64,000 nucleotides of DNA from Squalus acanthias (Eukaryota), in assembly GCA_030390025.1 (NCBI GenBank), contig CM059433.1:2480001-2544000 (forward strand), written 5' to 3'. Below the pieces are notes generated by a model. It was not told where the DNA came from and ran no database searches. It saw only the letters and a list, made by a program, of their open reading frames with translations. Shown here piece by piece: positions 11,612 through 21,324 of this stretch (position 1 is its first letter; each line of letters begins with the position of its first letter). A program made the position numbers and the translations under genes.

Positions 11612-14473
11612 TCAGTACCCTGTACCTGCCTTCTCCCCATATCCCTTGATACCTTTAGCTTTAAGAAATATATCTAACTCATCCTTGAATATATTTAATG
11701 ACTTCGCCTCAACTACCTTCTGTGGTAGAGAATTCCACAGGTTCACCACTCTCTGGGTGAAGAAATTCTTCCTCATTTCTGTCCTAAATGGTTTATCCGT
11801 TATCCGTAGATTATGACCCCTGGTTCTGGACTCTCCGACCATCGGGAACATTCTTCCTGCATCTAGTTTGTCCAGACCTGTCAGAATTTTATATGTTTCG
11901 ATGAGATCCCCTCTCATTCTTCTATACTCCAGTGAGTATAAGCCCAATCGACCCAATCTCTCCTCATATGTCATTCCTGCCATCCCAGGTATCAGCCTTG
12001 TGAATCTTCGCTGAACTCCTTCCATGGCAAGAACATCCTTCCTCAGATAAGGCGACCAAAACTGCACACAGTACTCAAGGTGTGGTCTCACCAAGGCCCT
12101 GTACAACTGCAGCAGGACATCCCTGTTCCTATACTCAAACCCTTTCGCTATGAAGGCCAACATACCATTTGCCTTCTTCACCGCCTGCTGCACCTGCATG
12201 CTTACTTTCAGCGACTGGTGCACAAGGACACCCAGGTCTTGTTGCACTTCCCCTTCTCCCAATCTATTGCCATTCAGATAATAGTCTGCCTTTCTGTTTT
12301 TGACACCAAAGTGGATAACCTTGCACTTATCCACGTTATATTGCATCTGCCACGCTTCTGCCCACTCACCCAACCTGTCCAGATCATCCTGGAGTTTCTC
12401 GCTATCCTCCTCGCTGCACACACTCCCACCCAGCTTTGTGTCATCTGCAAACTTGGAGATATTACATTGAATTCCCTTATCTAGATCATTAATGTATATT
12501 GTGAATAGCTGGGGTCCAAGGCCCGATCCCTGCGGTAGCCCACTAGTCACTGCTTGCCACTCGGAAAAAGACCCATTAATTCCTACTCTCTGCTTTCTGT
12601 CTGCCAACCAGTTCTCTATCCAAGTCAATACCTTGCCCCCAATCCCATGTGCCTTAACTTTACCCGCTAATCTCTTATGCGGGACCTTATCGAAAGCCTT
12701 TTGAAAGTCCAAATACACCACATCTACTGGTTCTCCCTTATCTATTTTCCCAGTTACATCCTCAAAAAATTCCAGTAGATTAGTCAAGCATGATTTACCT
12801 TTTGTAAATCCATGTTGACTTTGTCCGATCCTGTCACTGTTTTTCAAATGCTCAGCTATTACATCCTTTATAATGGACTCTAGCATTTTCCCCACTACCG
12901 ATGTCAGGCTTACCGGTCTGTAATTCCCCGCTTTCTCTCTACCACCCTTTTTGAATAGTGGGGTAACATTAGCTACCCTCCAATCCATGGGTACAGTTCC
13001 AGATTCCATCGAATATTGGAAGATGATCAGCAATGCATCTACTATTTCTAGGGCCACTTCCTTAAGTACCCTAGGATGTAGATTATCAGGCCCTGGGGAT
13101 TTATCGGCCTTCAAGACCGTCAATTTCCCGAACACCATTTCCCTGCAAATACTGATTTCTTTCAGTTCCTCCCTTTCATCAGACCGTATGTTCTCCAACA
13201 TCTCTGGGAGGTTATTTGTGTCCTCCTTTGTGAAGACAGAACCAAAATATGCATTTAATTGGTCTGCCATTTCTTTGTTCCCCATTATAACTTCCCCCGC
13301 TTCTGACTGCAAGGGACCTACTCTTGATTTCACTAATCTTTTTCTCTTCACATATCTATAAAAGCTCTTACAGTCAGTTTTTATGTTCCCAGCAAGCTTA
13401 CTTTCATATTCTATTTTCCCCTTCTTAATTAATTCCTTTGTCCTCCTTTGTTGAATCCTAAACTGCTCCCAATCCTCAGGACTACCGCTTTTTCTGGCCA
13501 ATTTATATGCACTCTCCTTGGATCTTATGCTATCCCTAATTTCCCTTGTTAGCCACGGTTGAGTCACCCTTTTTGTTTTATTCCTCTGCCACACTGGGAT
13601 GTACAAATTCTGTAGTTCATCCATGCAGTCTTTGAATGTTTGCCATTGCCTATCCACCGTCAACCCCTTGAATGACATTCCCCAATCAATCCTACCCATT
13701 TCGCGCCTCATACTATCGTAGTTTCCTTTATTTAAATTCAGGACCCTAGTCTCTGATTCAACTACTTCACTCTCCATCCTAATGAAGAATTCTATCATAT
13801 TATGATCACTCTGACCCAAGGGGCCTCGTACAACAAGATTGCTAATTAATCCTTTCTCGTTGCATAATACCCAGTCTAAGATGGCCTGATCTCTGGTTGG
13901 TTCCTCGACATATTGTTCCAGAAAACCATCTCGTAAACATTCTAGGAATTCCTCCTCCACAGTATTTTTACTAATTTGGTTAGCCCAATCTATATGTAAA
14001 TTAAAGTCACCCATGATGACTGCTGTGCCCTTACTGCATGTTTCTCTAATTTCCCTTTTAATGCTGTCCCCAACCTCCGTATTACTGTTTGGAGGTCTAT
14101 ATACCACTCCCACTAACGTTTTCTGCCCCTTGTTATTTCTCAGTTCTACCCATACAGATTCCGCATCATCAGAACTAATATCCTTCCTTTCAATTGTGTT
14201 AATCCCCTCTTTAACCAGCAATGCTACCCCACCTACCTTTCTTTTTTGCCTATCTTTCCTAAATATTGAATAAACCTGGATGTTGAGTTCCCAGCCTTGG
14301 CCACCCTGGAGCCATGTTTCTGTAATCCCAATCAAATCGTATTCATTTACCTCTATTTGCGCAGCTAATTCATCCACCTTGTTCCGAATGCTCCTTGCAT
14401 TAAGACACAAAGCCTTCAGGCTTGTTTTTTTAACGCTCTCAGACCTATATGAATTATTATTTACTGTGACCAT
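11612..14473 (-). CDS. CR1 ORF2: AP endonuclease plus reverse transcriptase (953 aa, uninterrupted)
   Basis: LNARSI, GITETWL, MGDFN, SDH (APE); YRPVSL, DFQKAFD, PQGS, KFADDTK (RT). Confidence 0.95.
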   Translation of the reverse strand: MVTVNNNSYRSESVKKTSLKALCLNARSIRNKVDELAAQIEVNEYDLIGITETWLQGGQGWELNIQVYSIFRKDRQKRKVGGVALLVKEGINTIERKDISSDDAESVWVELRNNKGQKTLVGVVYRPPNSNTEVGDSIKREIRETCSKGTAVIMGDFNLHIDWANQISKNTVEEEFLECLRDGFLEQYVEEPTRDQAILDWVLCNEKGLISNLVVRGPLGQSDHNMIEFFIRMESEVVESETRVLNLNKGNYDSMRREMGRIDWGMSFKGLTVDRQWQTFKDCMDELQNLYIPVWQRNKTKRVTQPWLTREIRDSIRSKESAYKLARKSGSPEDWEQFRIQQRRTKELIKKGKIEYESKLAGNIKTDCKSFYRYVKRKRLVKSRVGPLQSEAGEVIMGNKEMADQLNAYFGSVFTKEDTNNLPEMLENIRSDEREELKEISICREMVFGKLTVLKADKSPGPDNLHPRVLKEVALEIVDALLIIFQYSMESGTVPMDWRVANVTPLFKKGGREKAGNYRPVSLTSVVGKMLESIIKDVIAEHLKNSDRIGQSQHGFTKGKSCLTNLLEFFEDVTGKIDKGEPVDVVYLDFQKAFDKVPHKRLAGKVKAHGIGGKVLTWIENWLADRKQRVGINGSFSEWQAVTSGLPQGSGLGPQLFTIYINDLDKGIQCNISKFADDTKLGGSVCSEEDSEKLQDDLDRLGEWAEAWQMQYNVDKCKVIHFGVKNRKADYYLNGNRLGEGEVQQDLGVLVHQSLKVSMQVQQAVKKANGMLAFIAKGFEYRNRDVLLQLYRALVRPHLEYCVQFWSPYLRKDVLAMEGVQRRFTRLIPGMAGMTYEERLGRLGLYSLEYRRMRGDLIETYKILTGLDKLDAGRMFPMVGESRTRGHNLRITDKPFRTEMRKNFFTQRVVNLWNSLPQKVVEAKSLNIFKDELDIFLKAKGIKGYGEKAGTGY

Positions 14474-14595
14474 GTTTGATTTAAACCGTTGAGTTCTTTG
14501 CCTTCTACTTTTGTTTTTCTCCTTCCTGTCTTTAGCTTTTATCCTTATTTCCCTTTCCTCTGTCTCCCTGCTCAGGTTCCCAACCCCCTGCCACT

Positions 14596-14894
14596 TTAGT
14601 TTAAACCCTCCCCAACAGCACTAGCAAACACTCCCCCTAGGACATCGGTCCCGGCCCTGCCCAGGTGCAGACCGTCCCGTTTGTACTGGTCCCACCTCCC
14701 CCAGAACCGGTTCCAATGTCCAAGGAATTTGAATCCCTCCCCCTTGCACCATTCTTCTAGCCACGTATTCATTTGAAATATCCTCCTATTTCTACTCTGA
14801 CTAGCACGTGGCACTGGTAGAAATCCTGAGATTACTACCTTTGAGGTCCTCTTTTTTAATTTACCTCCTAACTCCCTATATTCTGCTTTTAGGA
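14596..14894 (-). pseudogene. CR1 ORF1 C-terminal part (SGNH esterase)
   Basis: LKAEYRELGGKLKKRTSKVVISG...DGLHL; continues the 19754-20419 part across the Penelope insertion. Confidence 0.85.
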
Positions 14895-14958
14895 AATAAC
14901 AACAGAAAACGCTGGAAAAACTCAGCAGGCCAGGCAGCATCCGTGGAGAGAGAAAGAG

Positions 14959-14995
14959 AGTTAACGTTTCAGGTCGATGACCTTTCATCAGAACT
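14959..14995 (-). ncRNA. Minimal hammerhead ribozyme (inverted pLTR copy)
   Basis: Reverse complement of the 16426-16462 motif. Confidence 0.85.
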
Positions 14996-16425
14996 GGGAA
15001 GAGCCGGAAATCAAATAGATTTAAGGCCAGGGTAAAGCTGGGAAAAGGGGGAGGGGATAAAGGAACAAAGGGGGAGATGAAGAGACATTAAGAGATATGC
15101 AAGGCTAGAGGTGGTGTTAATGTGACAGATTAAGGCTGAATGAAGTGTGAAATCCACTGGCAGAATGAAGGACAGCTGCCAGCTTCTAGGAGGAAAAAAA
15201 AAGGTGGGGGGGGGGACAAATAAAAGGGTGGATAAAATAAAATATAAATGTGATTGGAGCTGAGGTTATGATCTAAAATTGTTGAACTCGATATTGAGTC
15301 CAGAGGGCTGTAGCGTGCCTAAACGAAAGATGAGGTGCTGTTCCTCGAGCTTACGCTGAGCTTCCGTGGAACAGTGTAATAGGCCGAGGACGGTGAGGTC
15401 AGAGTGGGAGTGAAGCGGTGAATTAAAGTGACAGGCCACCGGGAGCTCGGGGTCCCCCTTATGGACTGAACGGAGGTGTTCCGCAAAGCGGTCACCCAAT
15501 CTGCGTTTGGTCTCCCTAATGTAGAGGAGTCCACATCGTGAGCAGCGAATACAGTATACTAAATTGCAGGAAGTACAAGTAAATCGCTGTTTCACCTGGA
15601 AGGGGTGTTTGGGGCCCTGGACAGTGGGAAGAGGGGAGGTATAAGGGCATGTGTTGCATCTCCTGCGCGTGCACGGGAAGGTGCCGGGCGAAGGGGAAGG
15701 GGTGCTGGGGGTGGTAGAGGAGTGGACTAGGGTGTCGCGGAGGGAGCGGTCCCTACGGAATGCTGAAAGGGGAGGTGAGGGGAAGATGTGTTTGGTGGTG
15801 GGATCACGCTGGAGGTGGCGGAAATGGCGGAGGATGATCCGTTGAATGTGGAGGCTGCAATTTAGTATACTGTATTCGCTGCTCACGATGTGGACTCCTC
15901 TACATTGGGGAGACCAAACGCAGATTGGGTGACCGCTTTGCGGAACACCTCCGTTCAGTCCGTAAGGGGGACCCCGAGCTCCCGGTGGCCTGTCACTTTA
16001 ATTCACCGCTTCACTCCCACTCTGACCTCACCGTCCTCGGCCTATTACACTGTTCCACGGAAGCTCAGCGTAAGCTCGAGGAACAGCACCTCATCTTTCG
16101 TTTAGGCACGCTACAGCCCTCTGGACTCAATATCGAGTTCAACAATTTTAGATCATAACCTCAGCTCCAATCACATTTATATTTTATTTTATCCACCCTT
16201 TTATTTGTCCCCCCCCACCTTTTTTTTCCTCCTAGAAGCTGGCAGCTGTCCTTCATTCTGCCAGTGGATTTCACACTTCATTCAGCCTTAATCTGTCACA
16301 TTAACACCACCTCTAGCCTTGCATATCTCTTAATGTCTCTTCATCTCCCCCTTTGTTCCTTTATCCCCTCCCCCTTTTCCCAGCTTTACCCTGGCCTTAA
16401 ATCTATTTGATTTCCGGCTCTTCCC

Positions 16426-16462
16426 AGTTCTGATGAAAGGTCATCGACCTGAAACGTTAACT
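16426..16462 (+). ncRNA. Minimal type I hammerhead ribozyme in Penelope pLTR
   Basis: AGTT-CTGATGA-A-AGGTC atc GACCT-GAAA-CG-TT-AACT: conserved core, stem II, palindromic stem III. Confidence 0.85.
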
Positions 16463-19348
16463 CTCTTTCTCTCTCCACGGATGCTGCCTGGCCTGCTGAG
16501 TTTTTCCAGCGTTTTCTGTTGTTATTTCGGATTTCCAGCATCCGCAGTATTTTGCTATCGTATTAGTGTTTGGTTCACTGCCACCTCTCTTCTTGGAATG
16601 CCTACCTTGAAGAAGTTCTGCTCTTCTCTTCGATGGGATTTCCGTTTGGCTCTTCAACCTTGTTCATCTTCATTGATTTCAGTTTCCCTTCTCGTGTTTG
16701 ATCAGGTATCTGCCAAGACTCGGTTTCACAGCCACATTACTTTCCTCAGCAACTGTCTCCGGTTCCGACTTATCCCACGTGGATTCCAACTAAACTTCCA
16801 CCCTTCGTGTTTCGGATCCACCCAGGATTACAAATATCTCCAAGATATTCATCGTTCCTCGAACTACTGCTCTCGCCGCATCTTGAGATCCACGCTCAAC
16901 GCCATGCGGCGCCACATGAACACTCTCGACATCTCTCTTCAGCAGCACCGATGCACTCTATCTCAAAGCTGTCCGGGTCCACAGTTCCATTTCATCCTTA
17001 GACTCATCCGACGCTTCAACAAAAAACTTTTCTTCTTCCTTTCCGATGTCAAGGATCGCAAGCTTCAACAACTCTTGGACACTAAAGCCCCTCCGGAACC
17101 TTCTTCCCCTTCACTTTCCTCTGACCCCCCTTCTCCCAATCTCACCCCCTGCCGCGTTTTCACTATCCCCTCTGACCTTCCCCTCTCTGACTCCGAACGA
17201 TCAGTCCTCAGCAAAGGCCTGAGCTTCATCCCCTTACGCCCCCATCTCAATGAATTTCGAGCTCGGCACGATGCTGAGCTCTTTTTCTGCCGCCTCCGTC
17301 TCCGTGCCCACTTCTCTGGCCAGGAGTCTTCCCCCCGCACGGCTGACCCTTTCTCCCGCTTTCAGAATTCTCGTTCCACCTGGACCCCTCCCTCTGGCCT
17401 CTTACCCTCTCTTGATCTTTTCATTGCTAACTGCCGCCGTGACATCGGCCAGCTCAATTTCTCTGCTCCCCTCACTCACTCCAACCTACCTCCCTCTGAA
17501 CTTGCAGCACTCCATTCTCTCCGATCCAACCCTGACATTGTCATTAAACCTGCTGACAAGGGTGGCGCTGTTGTTGTTTGGCGAACCGACCTCTACCTAG
17601 CGGAAGTTGAACGCCAACTCTCTGACACTTCCTCCTACCTCCACCTGGACCATGACCCCACTACCGAACATCAAGCCACCGTGTCCAAGACTGTCACTGA
17701 CCTCATCTCCTCTGGAGATCTTCCCCCCACGGCCGCCAACCTCATAGTTCCCCAACCCCGCACAGCCCGCTTCTACCTCCTTCCCAAGATCCACAAACAG
17801 GACTGCCCCGGTAGACCCATCGTTTCAGCCTGTTCTTGCCCCACGGAACTTATCTCTTCCTATCTCGACTCTATTTTTTCTCCCCTTGTCCAGTCTCTTC
17901 CCACCTACATCCGCGACTCTTCCGATGCCCTCCGCCATTTTAACAGTTTCCAGTTTCCCGGCCCCAACCGTCTCCTCTTCACTATGGACGTACAATCCCT
18001 CTACACCTCCATTCCCCACCAGGATGGCCTGAGGGCGCTCCGCTTCTTCCTTGAACAGAGGCCCAACCAGTCCCCATCCACCACCACCCTCCTCCGCCTG
18101 GCTGAACTTGTTCTCACATTGAACAACTTCTCCTTTGACTCTACCCATTTCCTCCAAATTAAAGGTGTTGCTATGGGTACCCGCATGGGTCCTAGCTATG
18201 CCTGCCTTTTCGTGGGATATGTGGAACACTCTTTGTTCCAGTCCTACTCGGGTCCCCTCCCTCACCTCTTTTTCCGGTACATTGATGACTGTATCGGTGC
18301 CGTCTCCTGCTCTCGCCCAGAACTAGAACATTTCATTCACTATGCTTCCAATTTCCACCCTTCCCTCACCTTCACATGGTCCATCTCCGACTCTTCCCTT
18401 CCCTTCCTCGACTTCTCCATCTCCATCTCTGGGGATAGGTTATTGACTAACATTCACTACAAGCCCACCGACTCCCACAGCTACCTGGACTACACTTCCT
18501 CCCACCCCGCCTCCTGTAAGGACTCTATTCCATTCTCCCAGTTTCTCCATCTCCGCCGCATCTGCTCTGATGATGCCACCTTCCATACCAGTGCTTCCGA
18601 CATGTCTTCCTTTTTCCTCAACCGAGGATTCCCCTCTACCGTGGTTGACACGGCCCTCGACCGTGTCCGTTCTATCTCCCGCACATCTGCCCTCACCCCT
18701 GCCCCTCCCTCCCGGAACCACGATAGGGTTCCCCTTGTCCTCACCTTTCACCCCAGCAGCCTCCACATTCAACGGATCATCCTCCGCCATTTCCGCCACC
18801 TCCAGCGTGATCCCACCACCAAACACATCTTCCCCTCACCTCCCCTTTCAGCATTCCGTAGGGACCGCTCCCTCCGCGACACCCTAGTCCACTCCTCTAC
18901 CACCCCCAGCACCCCTTCCCCTTCGCCCGGCACCTTCCCGTGCACGCGCAGGAGATGCAACACATGCCCTTATACCTCCCCTCTTCCCACTGTCCAGGGC
19001 CCCAAACAACCCTTCCAGGTGAAACAGCGATTTACTTGTACTTCCTGCAATTTAGTATACTGTATTCGCTGCTCACGATGTGGACTCCTCTACATTGGGG
19101 AGACCAAACGCAGATTGGGTGACCGCTTTGCGGAACACCTCCGTTCAGTCCGTAAGGGGGACCCCGAGCTCCCGGTGGCCTGTCACTTTAATTCACCGCT
19201 TCACTCCCACTCTGACCTCACCGTCCTCGGCCTATTACACTGTTCCACGGAAGCTCAGCGTAAGCTCGAGGAACAGCACCTCATCTTTCGTTTAGGCACG
19301 CTACAGCCCTCTGGACTCAATATCGAGTTCAACAATTTTAGATCATAA
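16433..19348 (+). CDS. Penelope-like polyprotein: RT plus GIY-YIG endonuclease (971 aa open; real start may be ATG 16481 or 16598)
   Basis: PADKGG, YLLPKIHK, GRPIVS, DVQSLYTSIP, GVAMGT, RYIDD, Cys linker PCTRRRCNTC, NLVYCIRCSRCGLLYIGET, GLN. Confidence 0.95.
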   Translation: MKGHRPETLTLFLSPRMLPGLLSFSSVFCCYFGFPASAVFCYRISVWFTATSLLGMPTLKKFCSSLRWDFRLALQPCSSSLISVSLLVFDQVSAKTRFHSHITFLSNCLRFRLIPRGFQLNFHPSCFGSTQDYKYLQDIHRSSNYCSRRILRSTLNAMRRHMNTLDISLQQHRCTLSQSCPGPQFHFILRLIRRFNKKLFFFLSDVKDRKLQQLLDTKAPPEPSSPSLSSDPPSPNLTPCRVFTIPSDLPLSDSERSVLSKGLSFIPLRPHLNEFRARHDAELFFCRLRLRAHFSGQESSPRTADPFSRFQNSRSTWTPPSGLLPSLDLFIANCRRDIGQLNFSAPLTHSNLPPSELAALHSLRSNPDIVIKPADKGGAVVVWRTDLYLAEVERQLSDTSSYLHLDHDPTTEHQATVSKTVTDLISSGDLPPTAANLIVPQPRTARFYLLPKIHKQDCPGRPIVSACSCPTELISSYLDSIFSPLVQSLPTYIRDSSDALRHFNSFQFPGPNRLLFTMDVQSLYTSIPHQDGLRALRFFLEQRPNQSPSTTTLLRLAELVLTLNNFSFDSTHFLQIKGVAMGTRMGPSYACLFVGYVEHSLFQSYSGPLPHLFFRYIDDCIGAVSCSRPELEHFIHYASNFHPSLTFTWSISDSSLPFLDFSISISGDRLLTNIHYKPTDSHSYLDYTSSHPASCKDSIPFSQFLHLRRICSDDATFHTSASDMSSFFLNRGFPSTVVDTALDRVRSISRTSALTPAPPSRNHDRVPLVLTFHPSSLHIQRIILRHFRHLQRDPTTKHIFPSPPLSAFRRDRSLRDTLVHSSTTPSTPSPSPGTFPCTRRRCNTCPYTSPLPTVQGPKQPFQVKQRFTCTSCNLVYCIRCSRCGLLYIGETKRRLGDRFAEHLRSVRKGDPELPVACHFNSPLHSHSDLTVLGLLHCSTEAQRKLEEQHLIFRLGTLQPSGLNIEFNNFRS

Positions 19349-19615
19349 CCTCAGCTCCAATCACATTTATATTTTATTTTATCCACCCTTTTATTTGTCC
19401 CCCCCCACCTTTTTTTTCCTCCTAGAAGCTGGCAGCTGTCCTTCATTCTGCCAGTGGATTTCACACTTCATTCAGCCTTAATCTGTCACATTAACACCAC
19501 CTCTAGCCTTGCATATCTCTTAATGTCTCTTCATCTCCCCCTTTGTTCCTTTATCCCCTCCCCCTTTTCCCAGCTTTACCCTGGCCTTAAATCTATTTGA
19601 TTTCCGGCTCTTCCC

Positions 19616-19652
19616 AGTTCTGATGAAAGGTCATCGACCTGAAACGTTAACT
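19616..19652 (+). ncRNA. Minimal hammerhead ribozyme (3' pLTR copy)
   Basis: Identical to 16426-16462. Confidence 0.85.
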
Positions 19653-19753
19653 CTCTTTCTCTCTCCACGGATGCTGCCTGGCCTGCTGAGTTTTTCCAGC
19701 GTTTTCTGTTGTTATTTCGGATTTCCAGCATCCGCAGTATTTTGCTATCGTAT

Positions 19754-20419
19754 TTCTGCTTTTAGGACCTCATCCCGTTTTTTACCTATATCGTTGATGC
19801 CTATGTGCAGCACGACAACTGGCTGTTCGCCCTCCCCCTCCAAAGTGTTCTGTAGCCGCTCCGAGACGTCCTTGACCCTTGCACCAGGGAGGCAACACAC
19901 CATCCTGGAGTCTTGATTGCGGCCGCAGAAACGCCTATCTATTCCCCTTACAATTGAATCCCCTTTCACTATAGCTCTTCCACACTTTTTCCTCCCAGCC
20001 TTTGCAGCAGAGCCACCCATGGTGCCAGGAAGTTGGCTGCTGCCGCCTTCCCCTGATAAGTCATCCCCCCCAACAGCATCCAAAGTGGTATATCTGTTTG
20101 AGAGGGGGATGGCTACAGAGGACCCCTGCACTACCTGCCTGCACCTCTTACTCTGCCTGGTGGTCACCCATTCACTTCCTGCCTGTACACCCTTTACCTG
20201 CGGTGTGACCAACTCACTAAACGTGTTATTCACGACGTTCTCAGCATCGCGAATGCTCCAATATGCATCCATCCGCAGCTCCAGCACCGCAATGCGGTCC
20301 GTCAGTAGCTGCAGCTGGATACATTTCCCACACACATGGTCGTCAGGGACACAGGAAGTGTCCCTGATTTCCTACATATTGCAGGAGGAGCATATCACGG
20401 CGCTGAGCTCTGCTGCCAT
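19754..20419 (-). pseudogene. CR1 ORF1 N-terminal part (Cys-rich/coiled coil plus SGNH esterase)
   Basis: CGKC, GDSIVR, CLPGARVKDV, HIGINDIG; cut at EVLKAE by Penelope. Confidence 0.85.
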
Positions 20420-20705
20420 GACTTACCCTTTAATTAATTAATTAAAATTAAACTAATTGAATCCCACCAATTTCACTTCAATTAAATGATATACTCAAGG
20501 GCCCTTGCTTAACAGCAGTCCCCGCTACACCATAGAGACTCTAGAAACTATAAACCACAGAATTTAAGTATGGAAAAAAGGAGAAAAAGAGAAATACTCA
20601 CCAACCAATCACTTACCTGCTTTCTGGTGACGTCACACTTTGATTATTTTCTACTTCTCTCTCTCCCGCTCTCGGGGCTCAGATTGGTAAACCTACCTGG
20701 TTACT

Positions 20706-20893
20706 GCCGCCTCGCCACTGTCGCTCCACCCAGGTCCGCCGCCTCTGTGGGCCTACCTGTTCGCCGCTTCTTTTAAAGCCGCCGCCTCGCCGCTGTTGCT
20801 CCACCCAGTTCTGCCGCCTCTGTGGGCCTACCTGGTCGCCGCTTCTTTTAAAGCCGCCGCCTCGCCGCTGTCGTTCCACCCAGGTCTGCCGCC
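20706..20893 (-). repeat. About 2.5 copies of a 75-bp GC-rich tandem repeat in the CR1 5'UTR
   Basis: Unit gccgcctcgccgctgtcgctccacccagg...ttttaaagcc at 20706, 20781 and 20856 (partial). Confidence 0.85.
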
Positions 20894-21324
20894 TGGAGAT
20901 TCCCTGCTCTGATTGGCTCTCCATGGCCCACGTGATCCCAGGGTTCGCTTCAAACTAACTGCGCCCCTGGGATACGCAAGCACTGCGCGCCGGCAGCTGG
21001 AGGAGGCCCAGGATCGGAATTCCACGCGGGCCCAGAGCACAACGGCAGGTGCGCTAGGTAAGTGCAGGTTGGGAGCTTGCACCCGCGGGAAGCCTCCGAC
21101 CCCAATTTCTGGCCCATTATCTGAGGATCTGTCTCCACCAGGATTTCCACCGCTGCAGCACTAAATCATGGAGCCTTGGCAGGAGGTATCTTTGACACAT
21201 TTTTAATAAAAACACACTTAAAGTTAGTGACAAATTAAAGGACAACTCCCTTTAAGAGGTGCAAGCTTGCTTTAAATATGTGTTGATCCTGCTGGAAATC
21301 CCATCATCCAAATCCGCGAGAGAG

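Larger units (their letters stand above)
14895..19753 (+). mobile_element. Penelope-like element (probably Neptune clade): inverted partial copy, partial tandem copy, full unit
   Basis: TSD TTCTGCTTTTAGGA at 14881-14894 and 19754-19767; inverted segment 14895-15858; direct repeat 15855-16563 of 19045-19753. Confidence 0.95.
11519..20893 (-). mobile_element. Full-length CR1 LINE (5'UTR, ORF1, ORF2, 3' microsatellite tail), interrupted by Penelope
   Basis: ORF1 esterase, ORF2 APE+RT, (ttctatgt)n tail at about 11519-11535, 5' tandem repeats. Confidence 0.92.
10978..21115. mobile_element. Harbinger-type MITE split by a nested CR1 (halves about 10978-11518 and 20894-21115)
   Basis: TIRs GGGCCAGAAATT(C)GGGTC / GACCCAATTTCTGGCCC with ATT TSD. 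Joining tctatgaa|ggagattccc matches the intact 7568 MITE in reverse complement. Confidence 0.8.

Noticed and set aside
15266..16158. Stand-alone GIY-YIG nuclease genes
   Set aside because: They are the inverted and tandem partial copies of the Penelope 3' end
12080..19122. Many antisense and alternative-frame ORFs
   Set aside because: Shadow ORFs of the CR1 and Penelope coding regions with no independent motifs
20706..20893. CRISPR-like array
   Set aside because: Contiguous tandem units with no unique spacers, in a eukaryotic LINE UTR
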